Below, one piece after another: positions 35,601 through 47,347 of a DNA stretch of 64,000 bases. Made by a program: the position numbers and the translations under genes. Where the stretch lies: positions 33,356,001-33,420,000 of the forward strand of contig NC_043010.1 in assembly GCF_006345805.1 (NCBI RefSeq), in the 5' to 3' direction. Under the pieces are notes generated by a model, which saw only the letters and a list, made by a program, of their open reading frames with translations, had not been told where the DNA came from and did no database searches. Numbering within the stretch: position 1 is the first letter of the stretch; the number at the start of each line of letters is the position of its first letter. Source of the stretch: Octopus sinensis. Taxonomy: Eukaryota.

Positions 35601-38600
35601 AATTGGTAACTGTGAAAAGAAAGTTTTTCCGCAATGTTCTGTATCCAGCAGGACTAGCAATGTATGCATCACCTGAAAACGTTGAGAAGTTTGCTGTCAA
35701 AGTAAGTAAAGGGCTTGTCCTTTTCAGTCCCAGTTAGAATCATTTGGATTATGTTACTAATGCCTTTTGTAAAGGTATGCATGTCAATATATCCCATTTC
35801 CCTGCCTCTTAAATGTAAATTCTTATGTAAACTACTTCTGTAGGCATAGCTATGTAGTTAAAAAGCTCATTTTGCAACCATGTAGTTTTGAGTTCAGTCC
35901 CACTGTGTTGACCAATACTTTTGGAGTGAATTTGGTTTGTGTTTGTCGCTCTACTATTGCTTGACAACTGGTGTTGATTTGTTTGCATTCACACCATTAC
36001 TTAGCGGTTTGGTAAAAGAAACTAATATTATAAGTACCAAACATTAAAAGTATGCACTGGAGGCAATTTATTTTACTAAACACTTCAAGGGAACCCAAAG
36101 CATTTGCAAAATGTATGTATTTACACACACATACACACACACACATGTATAAAGTATTAGTTTTAATTTTCTATTTCTATATTTTCTATATTCTTAGAGT
36201 GAAGAATTCCTGGGTTCTCGATGGGCAAGATTGGTAAGTTGGTTTACATTTTCCATTTTTTTAAAAATACTTTTAGATTGAGGCTTCAGTGGTAAAATGG
36301 GTTGGAAGGGTTAATAAATATTGAAATATTTGGATATTGCTAGAGTGTTAGCTGTCCATCTGGATGGGTCTTCTTACTGCTAGTATATCACCTGTGAAGT
36401 AAGACTGGAATCTGTTGCGAGTCTGATATATTAATGAGTACAAAATACAGAGTACCCCAGACTTAACAGTCACCTATTTCAGTGAAATCAGACAAATTTT
36501 TTTTAAAACTCACTTTATTTATACTTGACGGATATTTGTCCTCATCTTGTTTGTTGTTAACACAACGTTTCAGCTGATATACCCTCCAGCCTTCATCCAG
36601 TGTCTTGGGGAAATTTCAAACCTGGGTTCTCATTCCTAAGGTATTTTTCGATGTTATTATTATTATTCAGGTCAATGCCTGGAATCTTGGGATTAGTAGC
36701 CTGTGCTCTTAACCACCACGCCATATGTGCTCTTAACCACTACGCCTCTCCGAAAAGATACAAAAGATATGCAGCCCATATGACATCAGAACAGTATTCA
36801 AGAGTAATACAACACTTCGCAAATATCTTCTTTGGGTAAAACCACCAATAGGAGAGGATATGACCAAAAACTGCATGTACTCTATCCCGTGCAGCTGTGG
36901 TAGGTTATACAAAGGCGAAACATGCTGCTCCCTCAAAATAAGGGTAGAGGAACATTGCAAAGTTGTGACACAAGGAGATATTGATAAATTGGGTATAGCT
37001 GATCATGTATGGAAAAATGGAGACCACCTCCCCTTGTGGGATGAAGTTAAAATAATAGACAGAGAGCACCCCTGGAAAATATGAAAACTAAAAGAAGCAG
37101 CACATATGCTAAGACATAACAACCTCCTAAGCAGTCTGAGTGCAGATATGAATAGCATATGGGAACTGCTATTAAGGAAGGATAGGAAAATAATTAGATT
37201 TATAAACCCTAAAATTCACTCAATAATTGCCCACGGGCATATGGCATAGTGGTTAAAATTTCCGAGTTCGATTCCAAGCAGTGACCTGAATGATAATGAT
37301 AATCATCACCATCACCACCATCATCATCAATAATGATGATGACGACAAATAAACCTTAGGAATGAGAACCCAGGTTCGAAATTTCCCCCAAGACACCTGA
37401 TGAACGCTAAAGGGTATGTCAACCGAAACGTTGTGTTAACAAACAAGGTGAAGACAAATATCCGTCAAATGTAAATCATCATCATCATCATCATCGCTTA
37501 ACGTCCGTTCTCCATGGTAGCATGGGTTGGACGGTTCGACCGGGGATCTGGGAAGCCAGAAGGCTGCACCAGGCTCTGGTCTTATCTGGCAATGTTTCTA
37601 CAGCTGGATGCCCTTCCTAACGCCAACCACTCCGTGAGTGTAGTGGGTGCTTTTTACGTGCCACCTGCATTGGTGCCAGGCGAGGCTGGCATCGGCCGGA
37701 TTGGTGCATTTTACGAGCCACCTGCACGGAAGCCAGTCGAGGCGGCACTGGCTTCGGCCACGATTCGGATGGTGCTTTTTACGTGCCACCGACACGGAAG
37801 CCAGTCGAGGCGGCGCTGGCATCAGCCACGATTCGGATAGTGCTTTTTATGTATCTCCAGTCCAGGGGTCCTAATTCCTCATCTCTTAAATATTGAACTG
37901 TATCACTTTATTTATGTTTAATATGTGTTAAAGGTGTCTATGATTTTATTTTTATTCCTGTTAGATTCTGCTTATCTGTCCACAGCAGCTTTTTTCCAAT
38001 TTGGCTGCAATCATTTTCTCTGCCTCCATCCCCTGCATGGAGCAACAGTTTGGCTGAAATTAAGGAACACATTCAGTTAGCTGTGCAGGAGATAACTCCT
38101 GAAAGGTGTTTTGTAATGCTAAGGATAGATTTGGAATTTGCAGGGATACAGATGGAGCACGTGATGGAAATTAAGTAATAAACATAAAATTCTGTCAGAT
38201 TTTTAAAAATTTGTTCAATTTCATTGAAAAAGATAGTTAATTCTGAGACACCCTGTTTACTGTTTTAGGACAGTGCACTGTAGCCGATTTTCAAATGAGA
38301 TGATTGGGTGCAGCTGTTTGAATGCTGATGATTTAGCGTGGCTGACTGGATTTTCAGCACGTTTTGGCAACAGTATTTATTGGCAGTAGAGGCAAGCACT
38401 CACATACATACACATGTGCACAGAAATATGCACACACAAATAGAGAGAGAGAGAGAGAGAGACTACATATACAAACATTACTAGATTGCTTACACACACA
38501 AACAGGGAAAGACAGACAGACAGAGACATTGCAATTTATTAATTGAAAACGACCAACATAAATATTTTTCCCTCTCCTGATACAGATAAAGAAAAATATA

Positions 38601-41600
38601 AGCTCATACACATAAGTGGGGAGAGAGAGATGGGAGGAGGGGGAGAAACATTATCATGTCTGATTTCAAATAAGTCATCATTGAATCAGCATTGCCAAAA
38701 TGTGTGCACCAAAATATCTCATACCCAACTGATGTTCTGAATTTGAATGTTCCTGATATCAGAGTACAGAAAAATAAATGCAAGATATTGAGGTTGAATC
38801 TCACACTACAGAATTGAATTTATCCCTAAATGGTTGAATTAAGAGTACACTAAACAAAAATAGCTTGCAATATTTAGTTACACTATGGCAGTGAGTTGGT
38901 AGAATTGTTAGCACATCAAGCACAATGCCTAGCTGCATTTATGTTCTAGGTTTAACTGCTGCCAGGGTTGATTTGCCTTTCATCCTGTTGAGGGTTGATA
39001 AAATAGGTACCAGTTGAGCCCTGGGGTCAATGTAATCGACTTAGCCCCTTCCCCTTAATTACTGGCCTTATGCTAAAATTTGAAACCAATATTTAGTCAC
39101 ATCAATGTGGTAAGCTGGCAAAATCATTAGCACACTGAGCAAAATACTTGGTGGCATTTCACCTATCTTATGTTCTGAGTTCAAATTCTGCCAAGGCCAG
39201 CTTTGCTTTTCATTCTTTCAAGGTCGATAAAATAAGTACCAGTTGAACTATGTAGCTGATGTAATCAACTTACCCTCTTCCCGAAATTGCTGGTCTTGTG
39301 CCAAAATTTAGAATCAATATTTAGTTACATATGCATTCAAACCCCATCAAAGTCAACACAGCCTTTTATCTTTCTAGGTTGATAAAATAAAACCAGTCAA
39401 ATAATGGATTTGATTTAATCAACTGTTCTCTGCTAGCAAAATATGTAGCTTTATGCCGCCTGTTAGGAAACATTATTATTAGGATGTTGGCATGTCACAT
39501 TACTTCATTTATGTCCCCAATTTTGTAAGTTCATGAGCCTTTTCAAGGAATATAAATCTACAGGCTTTGGTCTACTTGGTTGACAAAAATACATTCTATT
39601 CTCTGTTTCCTACATTAAGTGGTAACAGGTAGCTGTAACTGTAAATTTGCTCCAACACAAAACAAAAATTTAACATCTTGGCTATATGTTAACACAGAAC
39701 AATGGAAATAAAACTGTCATAAAAATAGAATTCTGAGAGGATAGCTGCTCTATTTGTGTGAAAGATATAATCATTAAACCAATGATGATGATGACGGTAA
39801 TAATTTCTTGATATTTTATTTGTAGACTCTGAAAACATTATCTAACATGTACCTTGCTATTCCAATGAGTGGTGATAATCCATGGGTGTTGAGCAAGGAG
39901 CATGTTGTTGTGGCTTTTAGACTGAGGGTAAAGTATTCTACTGTTTAACTATTTTCTCTTGTAATCTTTAACTAATTGTGAAGATAGACTCAGCAGATAC
40001 CATATTATGCTCAAGAAGATTAATTTTGATTGAATATACTTTGAGAAGAGTAAATACTGTAAAAGTCTATACTACCAGATATAACATGAATCTTGATTGT
40101 AGGCCCTAAATTATCCTTAAAAACTTTAGAGTAACATGTAACATGCAGTGTTGCATATTTACTCCAAAAGTACATCTATTTTAATCTAGTCAGTAGCTGA
40201 CTTTCATTTTTGTGGCCCTAAAGTTTGAACTATTACATCCCACACCTTCCACTCTTGTAGGATAATTATAGAATACCTTTCAGCAAGGTGTAAAAGGCCC
40301 TGCTACCCATACAAGGACTTTGAAGCCCAAAGGATGGAAAATGTCAAGACTGGGTGAAATCTATGGGAAAAAAGGGCCATGCAGTGAGCCTCTTTCTCCC
40401 AGTAACATGCACTGGGTGATCACTGTTACCTTTTTCAATATGCTTGTTCCATGCAGATTATTATAAATTTTAAAATAAAGTTTAACCAGTACATCTCAGC
40501 TTTTGGTTTAAATTGCTATACTGTGTTACTTCTCATATAGTTTTTAAGATATGGAAGGATGAAAATTAGGCATTATTTATGCTTGATGATATGTAGATTA
40601 ATGAAATAAAACATAGCAAAGACCAGAGTTAATATAATCTTTCATTTTAAACACCTGTGGGAATACATATTACATGAACCACATTTCACAAACTGCTCTT
40701 TTTTCTGCTTTTTCCTGCAATTTATTCATGTAAACTTAACTTTTATCATATTAAGAGTTTCCTTGCAATGTCATTCTTTACAGACTATATGGATAAAGAA
40801 TTTAAGTGCTCTTCAGTAATAGTAGAGTGAAATTTGTTCTTTATAAAGACTATCTTTGAGGAATTATTTTCTGCTTCGCAGCTCATGATAGACATTGTCA
40901 AGTACCTTGTATGTCATTCTTTACAGACTATATGGATAAAGAATTTAAGTGCTCTTCAGTAATAGTAGAGTGAAATTTGTTCTTTATAAAGACTATCTTT
41001 GAGGAATTATTTTCTGCTTCGCAGCTCATGATAGACATTGTCAAGTACATTGTATGTCCTTGTAGATGAACACAGCCAAGTGTATGTGCATATTTATTTA
41101 AAGTATCTCAGATCAAGAATCTTTTGAGAACATCTTTCAAATTTTTGCTGTGCCATTAACAGATTGGATTTTTTTTTGTGCAGATCCCTAGATACATAGC
41201 CTAATGCACTTATGATGATATGTAAAAATGAAAATTTATAGCCAAGGTTCAAGAGCTGTATATTTTGCATTAGTTTATCATAAATCTTACCTTTTACCAG
41301 AACGTTTTGAGGCCACATTCACATCTACATGCCTCGTGTAATCCCATTATGTACGAAAAGGAATAAACCCTGTATTTCAACAATTAGTCCAAATAATAGA
41401 TATACTATCTAGTATATTCATTGGGTCAATTAATACAATTACAGTAATATTGTTTGTTCTCTTATTTTCCTTTTAATTCTCTTTCTGTTTCTGAAGGGTG
41501 TTGAAGTAGCTGAAGAAGCCATCACTCTGCCTGATAAAGTAATTACAGAACCTGAGGAAATAGATATACAATTGAAAGTAAGCTTGTGTTTTCAAGTTAC

Positions 41601-42267
41601 TTCTAGAAGATCACCGACAATTTTATTGTTGTTATTTATATATCTTGTCTGTATTTCTCTACTGTTACTCTATCTCTACTAAAACAATAGTGAAAACTAA
41701 GTTTTACTCTCAATTTTGCCTTTTCTGTTTCATTACCTGTAATGCATGCATTGACTTCTTATACTAACTGGATGTATTAAAGCCAATGATGGAGACTCTT
41801 CATGATCACCCAGTATGCTAGAAATAGTAAAACCTTTCTCAAATCTTACCTTATCATCTAAAAAAATTGAAGAAGGCTACATTGGATAATGAAGTCCTAG
41901 ATGCTCTATGCTTGAAGAGAATAATGATCATGACTGGAATACCATTAATTATAGGTCTGGCCTAGGGCTAAACAATAACTGGATGCATTGTCAGAGACTT
42001 GAATTGGCTTAATATTAAGCCAGTTATTGAACCAAACATGCTGTTTAAAGAAATGCATGTACTTTTATTTCACACACACACAAGTACACACCAGATACCT
42101 GTGACTGTATTTACTCCTTTACATTTCAGATGAATGGCAAAGAAGAGGTGACGGTGAAATGCCTCATTATTTTGAAACATAAAGACCCTTCGAAAGACGT
42201 TATTCCTACCAACTTACCAACCACGTTAAAAAGACAAAAGAAGCACAGACAAATAGGGAATGATTAA
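32532..42267 (+). CDS. MRPL9: Mitochondrial large ribosomal subunit protein bL9m, spliced gene with 7 coding exons (732 nt, 243 aa)
   Basis: join(32532-32630, 34061-34217, 35583-35701, 36198-36233, 39826-39927, 41497-41577, 42130-42267), all GT-AG and in phase. There is an Arg-rich, acid-free presequence-like N-terminus (MVSLIRRLPQC...VLTR), then TVILKRQWAVPL...HRVFKFVENT...CILTDNIDGIGYKNELVTVKRKFFRNVLYPAGLAMYASPEN (L9 N-terminal domain), PW.L, ITLPDKVIT and MNGKEEVTVK, collinear with animal MRPL9. Confidence 0.94.
33660..33819. mobile_element. hAT (Charlie-like) MITE, 160 bp, with 8-bp TSD
   Basis: TIRs CAGTGGTTCTCAAA / TTTGGGAACCATTG; perfect GGTTAAAG duplication at 33652-33659 and 33820-33827. 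Confidence 0.88.
34061..34217 (+). CDS. MRPL9: MRPL9 coding exon 2
   Basis: tttgtag|NTVILKRQWAVPLTNPGDIPHLKDKHRVFKFVENTDAVKLPDIQCILTDNID+g|gtaaga. Confidence 0.94.
34253..35100 (+). mobile_element. Tandem array of about 4 SINE family B copies in an MRPL9 intron
   Basis: Repeated agctggcagaa...ctttgcctttcatcc...aataagtaccag...cttgtgccaaaattag units joined by (att)n. Confidence 0.8.
35251..35460. mobile_element. piggyBac-like MITE
   Basis: TTAA-TCCTTTCGTTAC ... ATAACAAAAGGG-TTTA termini (degenerate CCCTTT/AAAGGG with a TTAA-like target). Confidence 0.65.
35583..35701 (+). CDS. MRPL9: MRPL9 coding exon 3
   Basis: ttaacag|(G)IGYKNELVTVKRKFFRNVLYPAGLAMYASPENVEKFAVK|gtaagt. Confidence 0.95.
36198..36233 (+). 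CDS. MRPL9: MRPL9 coding exon 4 (36-nt small exon)
   Basis: ttcttag|SEEFLGSRWARL|gtaagt; phase 0-0, fills the linker before TLK. Confidence 0.8.
36525..37475 (+). mobile_element. Second 5'-truncated Penelope-like element: GIY-YIG remnant between inverted pLTRs that carry a tRNA-like head and a hammerhead motif
   Basis: 36748-37195 encodes SEKIQKIC..YDIRTVFKS..TLR...CMYSIPCSCGRLYKGET...RVEEH...IADHVW...W.EV.IID.E (premature stop); inverted arms about 36525-36745 and 37235-37475. Confidence 0.88.
37393..37436 (+). ncRNA. Degenerate minimal hammerhead motif (palindromic ACGU stem III type)
   Basis: ACAC-CTGATGA...GAAACGTT-GTGT; stem II is disrupted here but nearly intact in the inverted copy 36560-36603, whose core is mutated instead. 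Confidence 0.55.
37487..37865 (-). mobile_element. RTE-type 3' tail/SINE with internal tandem units
   Basis: (CAT)n followed by the reverse complement of the same tail as 26790-26958. Confidence 0.85.
38030..38258 (+). mobile_element. Tc1/mariner 3' end remnant
   Basis: LAEIKEHIQLAVQEITPE...DGAH-like C-terminus followed by a TIR-like ctgagacaccctgt. Confidence 0.5.
38885..39470 (+). mobile_element. Tandem array of 2-3 SINE family B copies
   Basis: Repeated ggcagaa...ttagcac...ttctgagttcaaat...aataagtacc...ttgtgccaaaattt units. Confidence 0.75.
39826..39927 (+). CDS. MRPL9: MRPL9 coding exon 5
   Basis: tttgtag|TLKTLSNMYLAIPMSGDNPWVLSKEHVVVAFRLR|gtaaag. Confidence 0.9.
40768..41053. repeat. 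Near-perfect 143-bp tandem duplication in an MRPL9 intron
   Basis: 40768-40910 and 40911-41053 differ at one position that I could see (agtaccttgt vs agtacattgt). Confidence 0.95.
41497..41577 (+). CDS. MRPL9: MRPL9 coding exon 6
   Basis: tctgaag|GVEVAEEAITLPDKVITEPEEIDIQLK|gtaagc. Confidence 0.9.
42130..42267 (+). CDS. MRPL9: MRPL9 terminal coding exon
   Basis: atttcag|MNGKEEVTVKCLIILKHKDPSKDVIPTNLPTTLKRQKKHRQIGND*. Confidence 0.88.
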   Translation: MNGKEEVTVKCLIILKHKDPSKDVIPTNLPTTLKRQKKHRQIGND

Positions 42268-44829
42268 AGTTGCTATATATTTGCTAATTAGAAAGTTTTT
42301 TTTATTTGTTTTTAAATTAAATCATTTTAAAAAGTACCATTGTAGTTTCTTGTTTTTTAATATTTCTTTAAATTTTGCTTTTGTTTTGTTTTTGTTATAA
42401 AGTACCCTTGTTTGTTTTTTAATACTTTCAGATGTGCCTATCTAAGGTCAATCAATTTTCATAGAGGTTTTATAACATTGCTGCTATATGCCATGGACAT
42501 ATTGCATAACATTTTATTTGTGAGTGTATATAATGTGTTCATCTGTAACTGATATATTTACCCTGTTTGCTCTTTTCCCTCTTCTTTGTTCTCATTAGAG
42601 ACTAGCAAGAAATTCAATATCTCTAACCATAGTGAAGGTATCTTTCTCCCTACCCACCCGGAAACTAAAAAGCAGGACACAAAAAGTGTCCTTCACAAGG
42701 AAGTAGATTGGGAAAGTTGTTAGACTCTTCGGCCAGAATACTTCACAGTATTTGTTCTGACTCTCTGCACTCTCAGTCCAAATCCCTCCCTGGTCAACTT
42801 TGCCTTTCATGTTTTCAGGGTTAATAATGGTAGATTGGCAGAATTTGGGTCAAGTGGGACACCTGGCAGTATCTGTTCTAGCACTTTGTGGAACAGATAC
42901 AGACTGGTCTTTCTATTGGAAAAATATTAATGGTGTGAATAGGGTAACTGCTATCTTTAAGAAAGCTTACCTTATTTTAAAAATGTATGTGCAGATGTAT
43001 ATTCAACATAGACTAACCAAGACCCTATCAACCTCCACAGTTTAGCTGTCATTACAAATATTGCTAAGAACTTTCTGCCTCATACAAATACCACAAAATT
43101 TTCAATGCTTACAATATTAATTTAGCTATTCTTACCTAGATAACACATACTTTCAACAGTACTGAAATATTTGTTTAATAACATTTTATTTGTACTGTGA
43201 ATGTACACAATCTATTCATCTGTAATATATATTAACCCTGCTTGCCCTTTTCCTCTCATTTGCTCTCATTAGAGACCAGCAAGAAATTTGATATCTCTAA
43301 CCAAAATGAAGGCACCTTTCTTGAAGAAACCCATCAGTATAAAAGAATTTCTCTCTTGTTTAATATATATAGCAACTTGTGAAGAAGAGAATTAAAAGTG
43401 ATACATGGTGGGCAGTCCCAAATACTAACTGTGACTATGTAATATTGTTTTTTCCTCACTGCTTACTTATTTCTAGTGAGCTTTTTTTAATAATCCTTGG
43501 AAGGGTTCACAAAATAAGAACATCTAACTGTAAAACAATGGATGAATAAGTAATTATTCACTCTATGCTAGCATGAAAAAATGGACATAGAATGAATGAA
43601 CAAATTTATTTATTGCTTTTCAAGTAAAGGTTATTTCTGAAGCACTTATTCTCTAAATACTTCTGGCTTCTTACAATATACAATTTACTTACTGAAATAT
43701 TTACCACTGTTTCAGCAATTATGATGAAGATTTATGCTTCAATGATGAGGTCAGAATTGTATTGAAATATAGCTAGAGTTGACTCCCATGCCTGCTACAA
43801 GACTGACAACACTATTAGTTATTATTCTTCAAGACTTAATTTTTTGAGGTTGCTTACATTAAATATGTTAACACTAACTTACTGTTGCTGGTTTTTCATG
43901 CCGATGGTGCTAGCATGAAGGGCAAGAAGTGTTCCGCACCCTGGATGATGCTTTTATGGTGTAGCTAGACTGTGTGCCGCAGAGGTAACTCTTGAGGTTG
44001 CCACCTACCAGGACCACAAGCTTACACAGGATGGATCTGTTCAGTTTCACTCAGATTTAAAAATTATTTTTTTTAACTAAACAGTTTGAAACTTGGTATA
44101 CTGGTGTAATTTCTCATGCTGAACACGGTTCACTTTCAACATTTTTGACAAAATTTCGTATCTTAGAAGTTATTTCGTGTTAAAGTTGTCCTATTTGTGT
44201 AATTTTAACCAATCAAAGAGGATATGAAAAAAGAAAACAATTACTTATAAAGTTACAACTAAGAACCGTAAGAAGGTAGTAAAAATATTTTTTTATTTCG
44301 AGATTTGGAAATGAACTAAATTTGGGACATTTAGGGTGTCCCTCAAAGGTCAGTACGGGGCAGGGGACAAAATTATCAAATATGGGTCATGTCCCTTATA
44401 TAAGGGACGTCTGGCAACCCTAACCTTGATATACAAAAAACCGAATGGTCGCAGCTGGAGCGCTTTTGAAAATAAGTATGAGACAGGAACCAAAGAAGGA
44501 GGCTGCTTCGTAGTTGCGCGCCATGCTAGAAATAGCTGCTACATCTTCAAATCATACCAAACCATTATAAAAGCGGAGGATAATGTAGTTTAAGTTGGAA
44601 AAAAAATAAACAGGATAATCAAGTCTAGAATGTCTTTGATCATAGTTCTGTAGAATCAGAGCTGACCTGGAACCAAACAATAAGAGGAAGGTATGATGAT
44701 CACGACTGGAACGTCTTTGATCATAAATCTGCTAGATTAGGGCTGATATGTATTGGAAACATAAAAAGAAAATAAATACAAAAACAACAACTCCAGTCTA
44801 GAAAGAACCGCCACAACAATGACAACTGA

Positions 44830-44870
44830 CAAGATTGCTGACGGAACCGGAAGTGAAATTTATAAATCAG
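44830..44870 (+). promoter_or_regulatory. Candidate core promoter of the zinc-finger gene (ETS motif CCGGAAGTG at 44847-44855)
   Basis: Perfect ETS/GABP consensus in a CpG-richer stretch about 2.5 kb upstream of the ZNF exon; the TSS is inferred only. Confidence 0.4.
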
Positions 44871-47347
44871 CAACAATTAACGTTGTGTCTTTGTTATTTT
44901 TAATTCATCGCTTATCGTAGATACTTTGATATTCTTGAATGTAGATACTCCTATACAAACTGAAACTCCTGGACAAACCTCAAAGTAACTTCTAGCTCAT
45001 GTTCTATATTTTTCAAGGTCTGTTGGAACGAATTATTGTCTTCTTTTTCTTTTAATATTTAATGTGTATATCTGTATGCAAACAGACATGCATGCTTTCT
45101 GAAGAATTTGTTTCATTTAATATGAAACTTGAAGTCACGTGAAAAAAAAAATCAAGTAATACTTAACTACTTCATTATAATAAATATAACTCTGCGCGTC
45201 TTGGGTACTCATTTTTGTTCGTGAAATTACTTACAACTTATTTTTAACATCTACGTACGTATGTATTTCTGACTTTTTGTGACTGTTTCGTTGGCACTAC
45301 CATGGAATTAGCTGTCAGAAGGAAAGTTAAAAAAGAAGTGTGACGTCGTGCCGTTTCGTTTTATTTTGGTAAATTGCTTTAATTCTCGGTTTCGTTCAAT
45401 AACTAAAAGTAGTATGTAATTAAAATGCCTCTTTCTATATACTATGAACCTTATCGTCTACCAGTATGTATGATCCCTCCCCCAGAAACCTGGCAACTAC
45501 GAAGTTAACATGAATGTTGGACAGGAAGAAAGCTCACTAAAGAATAGTGTGCTCCTATAAGGCACCCTAGATTCTAAAGTAATTATTAGAAGTTTTGTTG
45601 ATGTTTATACTCACCTGATTATGAATTTAATGGACAATGTATTTTCATTGGGCCTATCTAATTAAGATCTAAACATAAAAGGATATACAAACTAAAAATG
45701 TGTGAACTAGCTAACAGCGAATGAAGTCTAGATTAGGATTCTGCAGTGCGAAAATTTTTACATCTGTTTAGTTGACTTTTGGGGGTTGAGAGTGGACACC
45801 AGTCCGCTACTCAATTTAGCACGCATTTTGCCAGTGAACGGGTCTTAATCGCAATCCATGGGTCCACTGTTGTTATAGTTGTGTAATATCTTTAGTCAGT
45901 ATTTAAAACTAATCTTAAATAATTTACTTACATAAAAGGAAAGATCGCCAGTATCTGTGTTAAACCGAAACAAGTTAAAAAAGTTGATCCAATTAGCACT
46001 GTTGACTTCTTATTTTTGTGTTATTGTTTACACAAATACCGGCTTTTTACGCTCTACTTTCAAATTCTGTTGAGGTGAGTTTTAGTTATCAACCTCCGGG
46101 GTTGGTCGATGAAATAAGTACCGGCGAAGGTATCGATTAACCCCTTTTCCCTCAAAATTGCTAGCCTTGAACCTACATTTTGTATGTATATTACCGTTAA
46201 TGTACAGAACGGTTTAGCCCCTGTCAAGGCATTCCATCTCGTCTTCAATTCGGTGTTTCTATGATTATATTACCTTGTGTAGCCTTCCTGTTTGAAGACA
46301 GTAGAGATATTATTTGACTGGTAACCGGACGAATGAATCCTTGGCCTTGAGGAAAAAAATGTTTCCAGGTCTGTGAGTGGCAAAAATAAAATCTTGTCCC
46401 CCCCCCCCATCCTTTCATTCTGTTGGGGGTGGGGTAATAAAAGACATTCTATGTGAACTGAGACTAAACAACCACCAGGTTGAAACCCAAAGCACAAGTG
46501 TCAACATGAACTATTGTTTTTAAAATCTGATTGTCATACCAAGAATGTTTAGTTGATGACAATAGGCAATCAGTTACAGGCTGTCACCATCATCAATTTA
46601 GTTTTAAAGACCCACTCCAAATAACGTCTTTTGTATAAGCTAACAATATTCACTGTCAGTTGTCTTTATGAATTTTGCCCTTGTTAATTCTGATGTCTGT
46701 AATTCATTTAGCTATGTCATCTTACAAACAATGTTTTCAGTTATATTTGTTATAATTTAAAATTTTCCAGTGTCATTTAATTTTCTGTTATTTACTTAAT
46801 CTTATATAGATCTGATATCATCAGCCTTTTATCATTCTTTCAGGGTATATAGAACAAAAAGAATTTATAAATTCTTTCATTCTTGTGTGGTGAAATTATT
46901 TGAGCTTGGTTCTACAATTTGTGAACCTACTTGTTAGTTTCTACTTAGTTTATACAACTCTCCTTATGTTCATTTTTAATGTTTTTCTGCTTCCAGATAA
47001 GGTTGGAAGAAAGGTGCATTGCTCCAATCACTACAAGAACAAGATAAGAATTCTCAACTCTCTGGCCCCAAAAGTTGTCATTATCTGTCCACTGGATCAT
47101 TGCAGCTTCCCTCAAACATGTTTATCCTTTGAAAGATACAGTACAGCTTGTAGTATGCTGGTAAGAGCTAAGCAGTCTGAAAAGCACTTTAAAATAATTG
47201 CTTCCATATTATTAAGATCAATCTAAAATCTGGAGGCTGGGCCCATCCTCTGAAACTTCATCATATCCTTTTTTTTTTGTCTTTACTGCATTTTGTTTTC
47301 AGGTTATTTCCTCTCTTTTTCTTCTTTTCTTCAATCATTCTTTAACC

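Noticed and set aside
37235-37290. Possible tRNA gene
   Set aside because: A and B boxes are present but the anticodon arm is deleted and no acceptor stem closes; treated as a tRNA-derived repeat head. The same applies to the SINE heads elsewhere.
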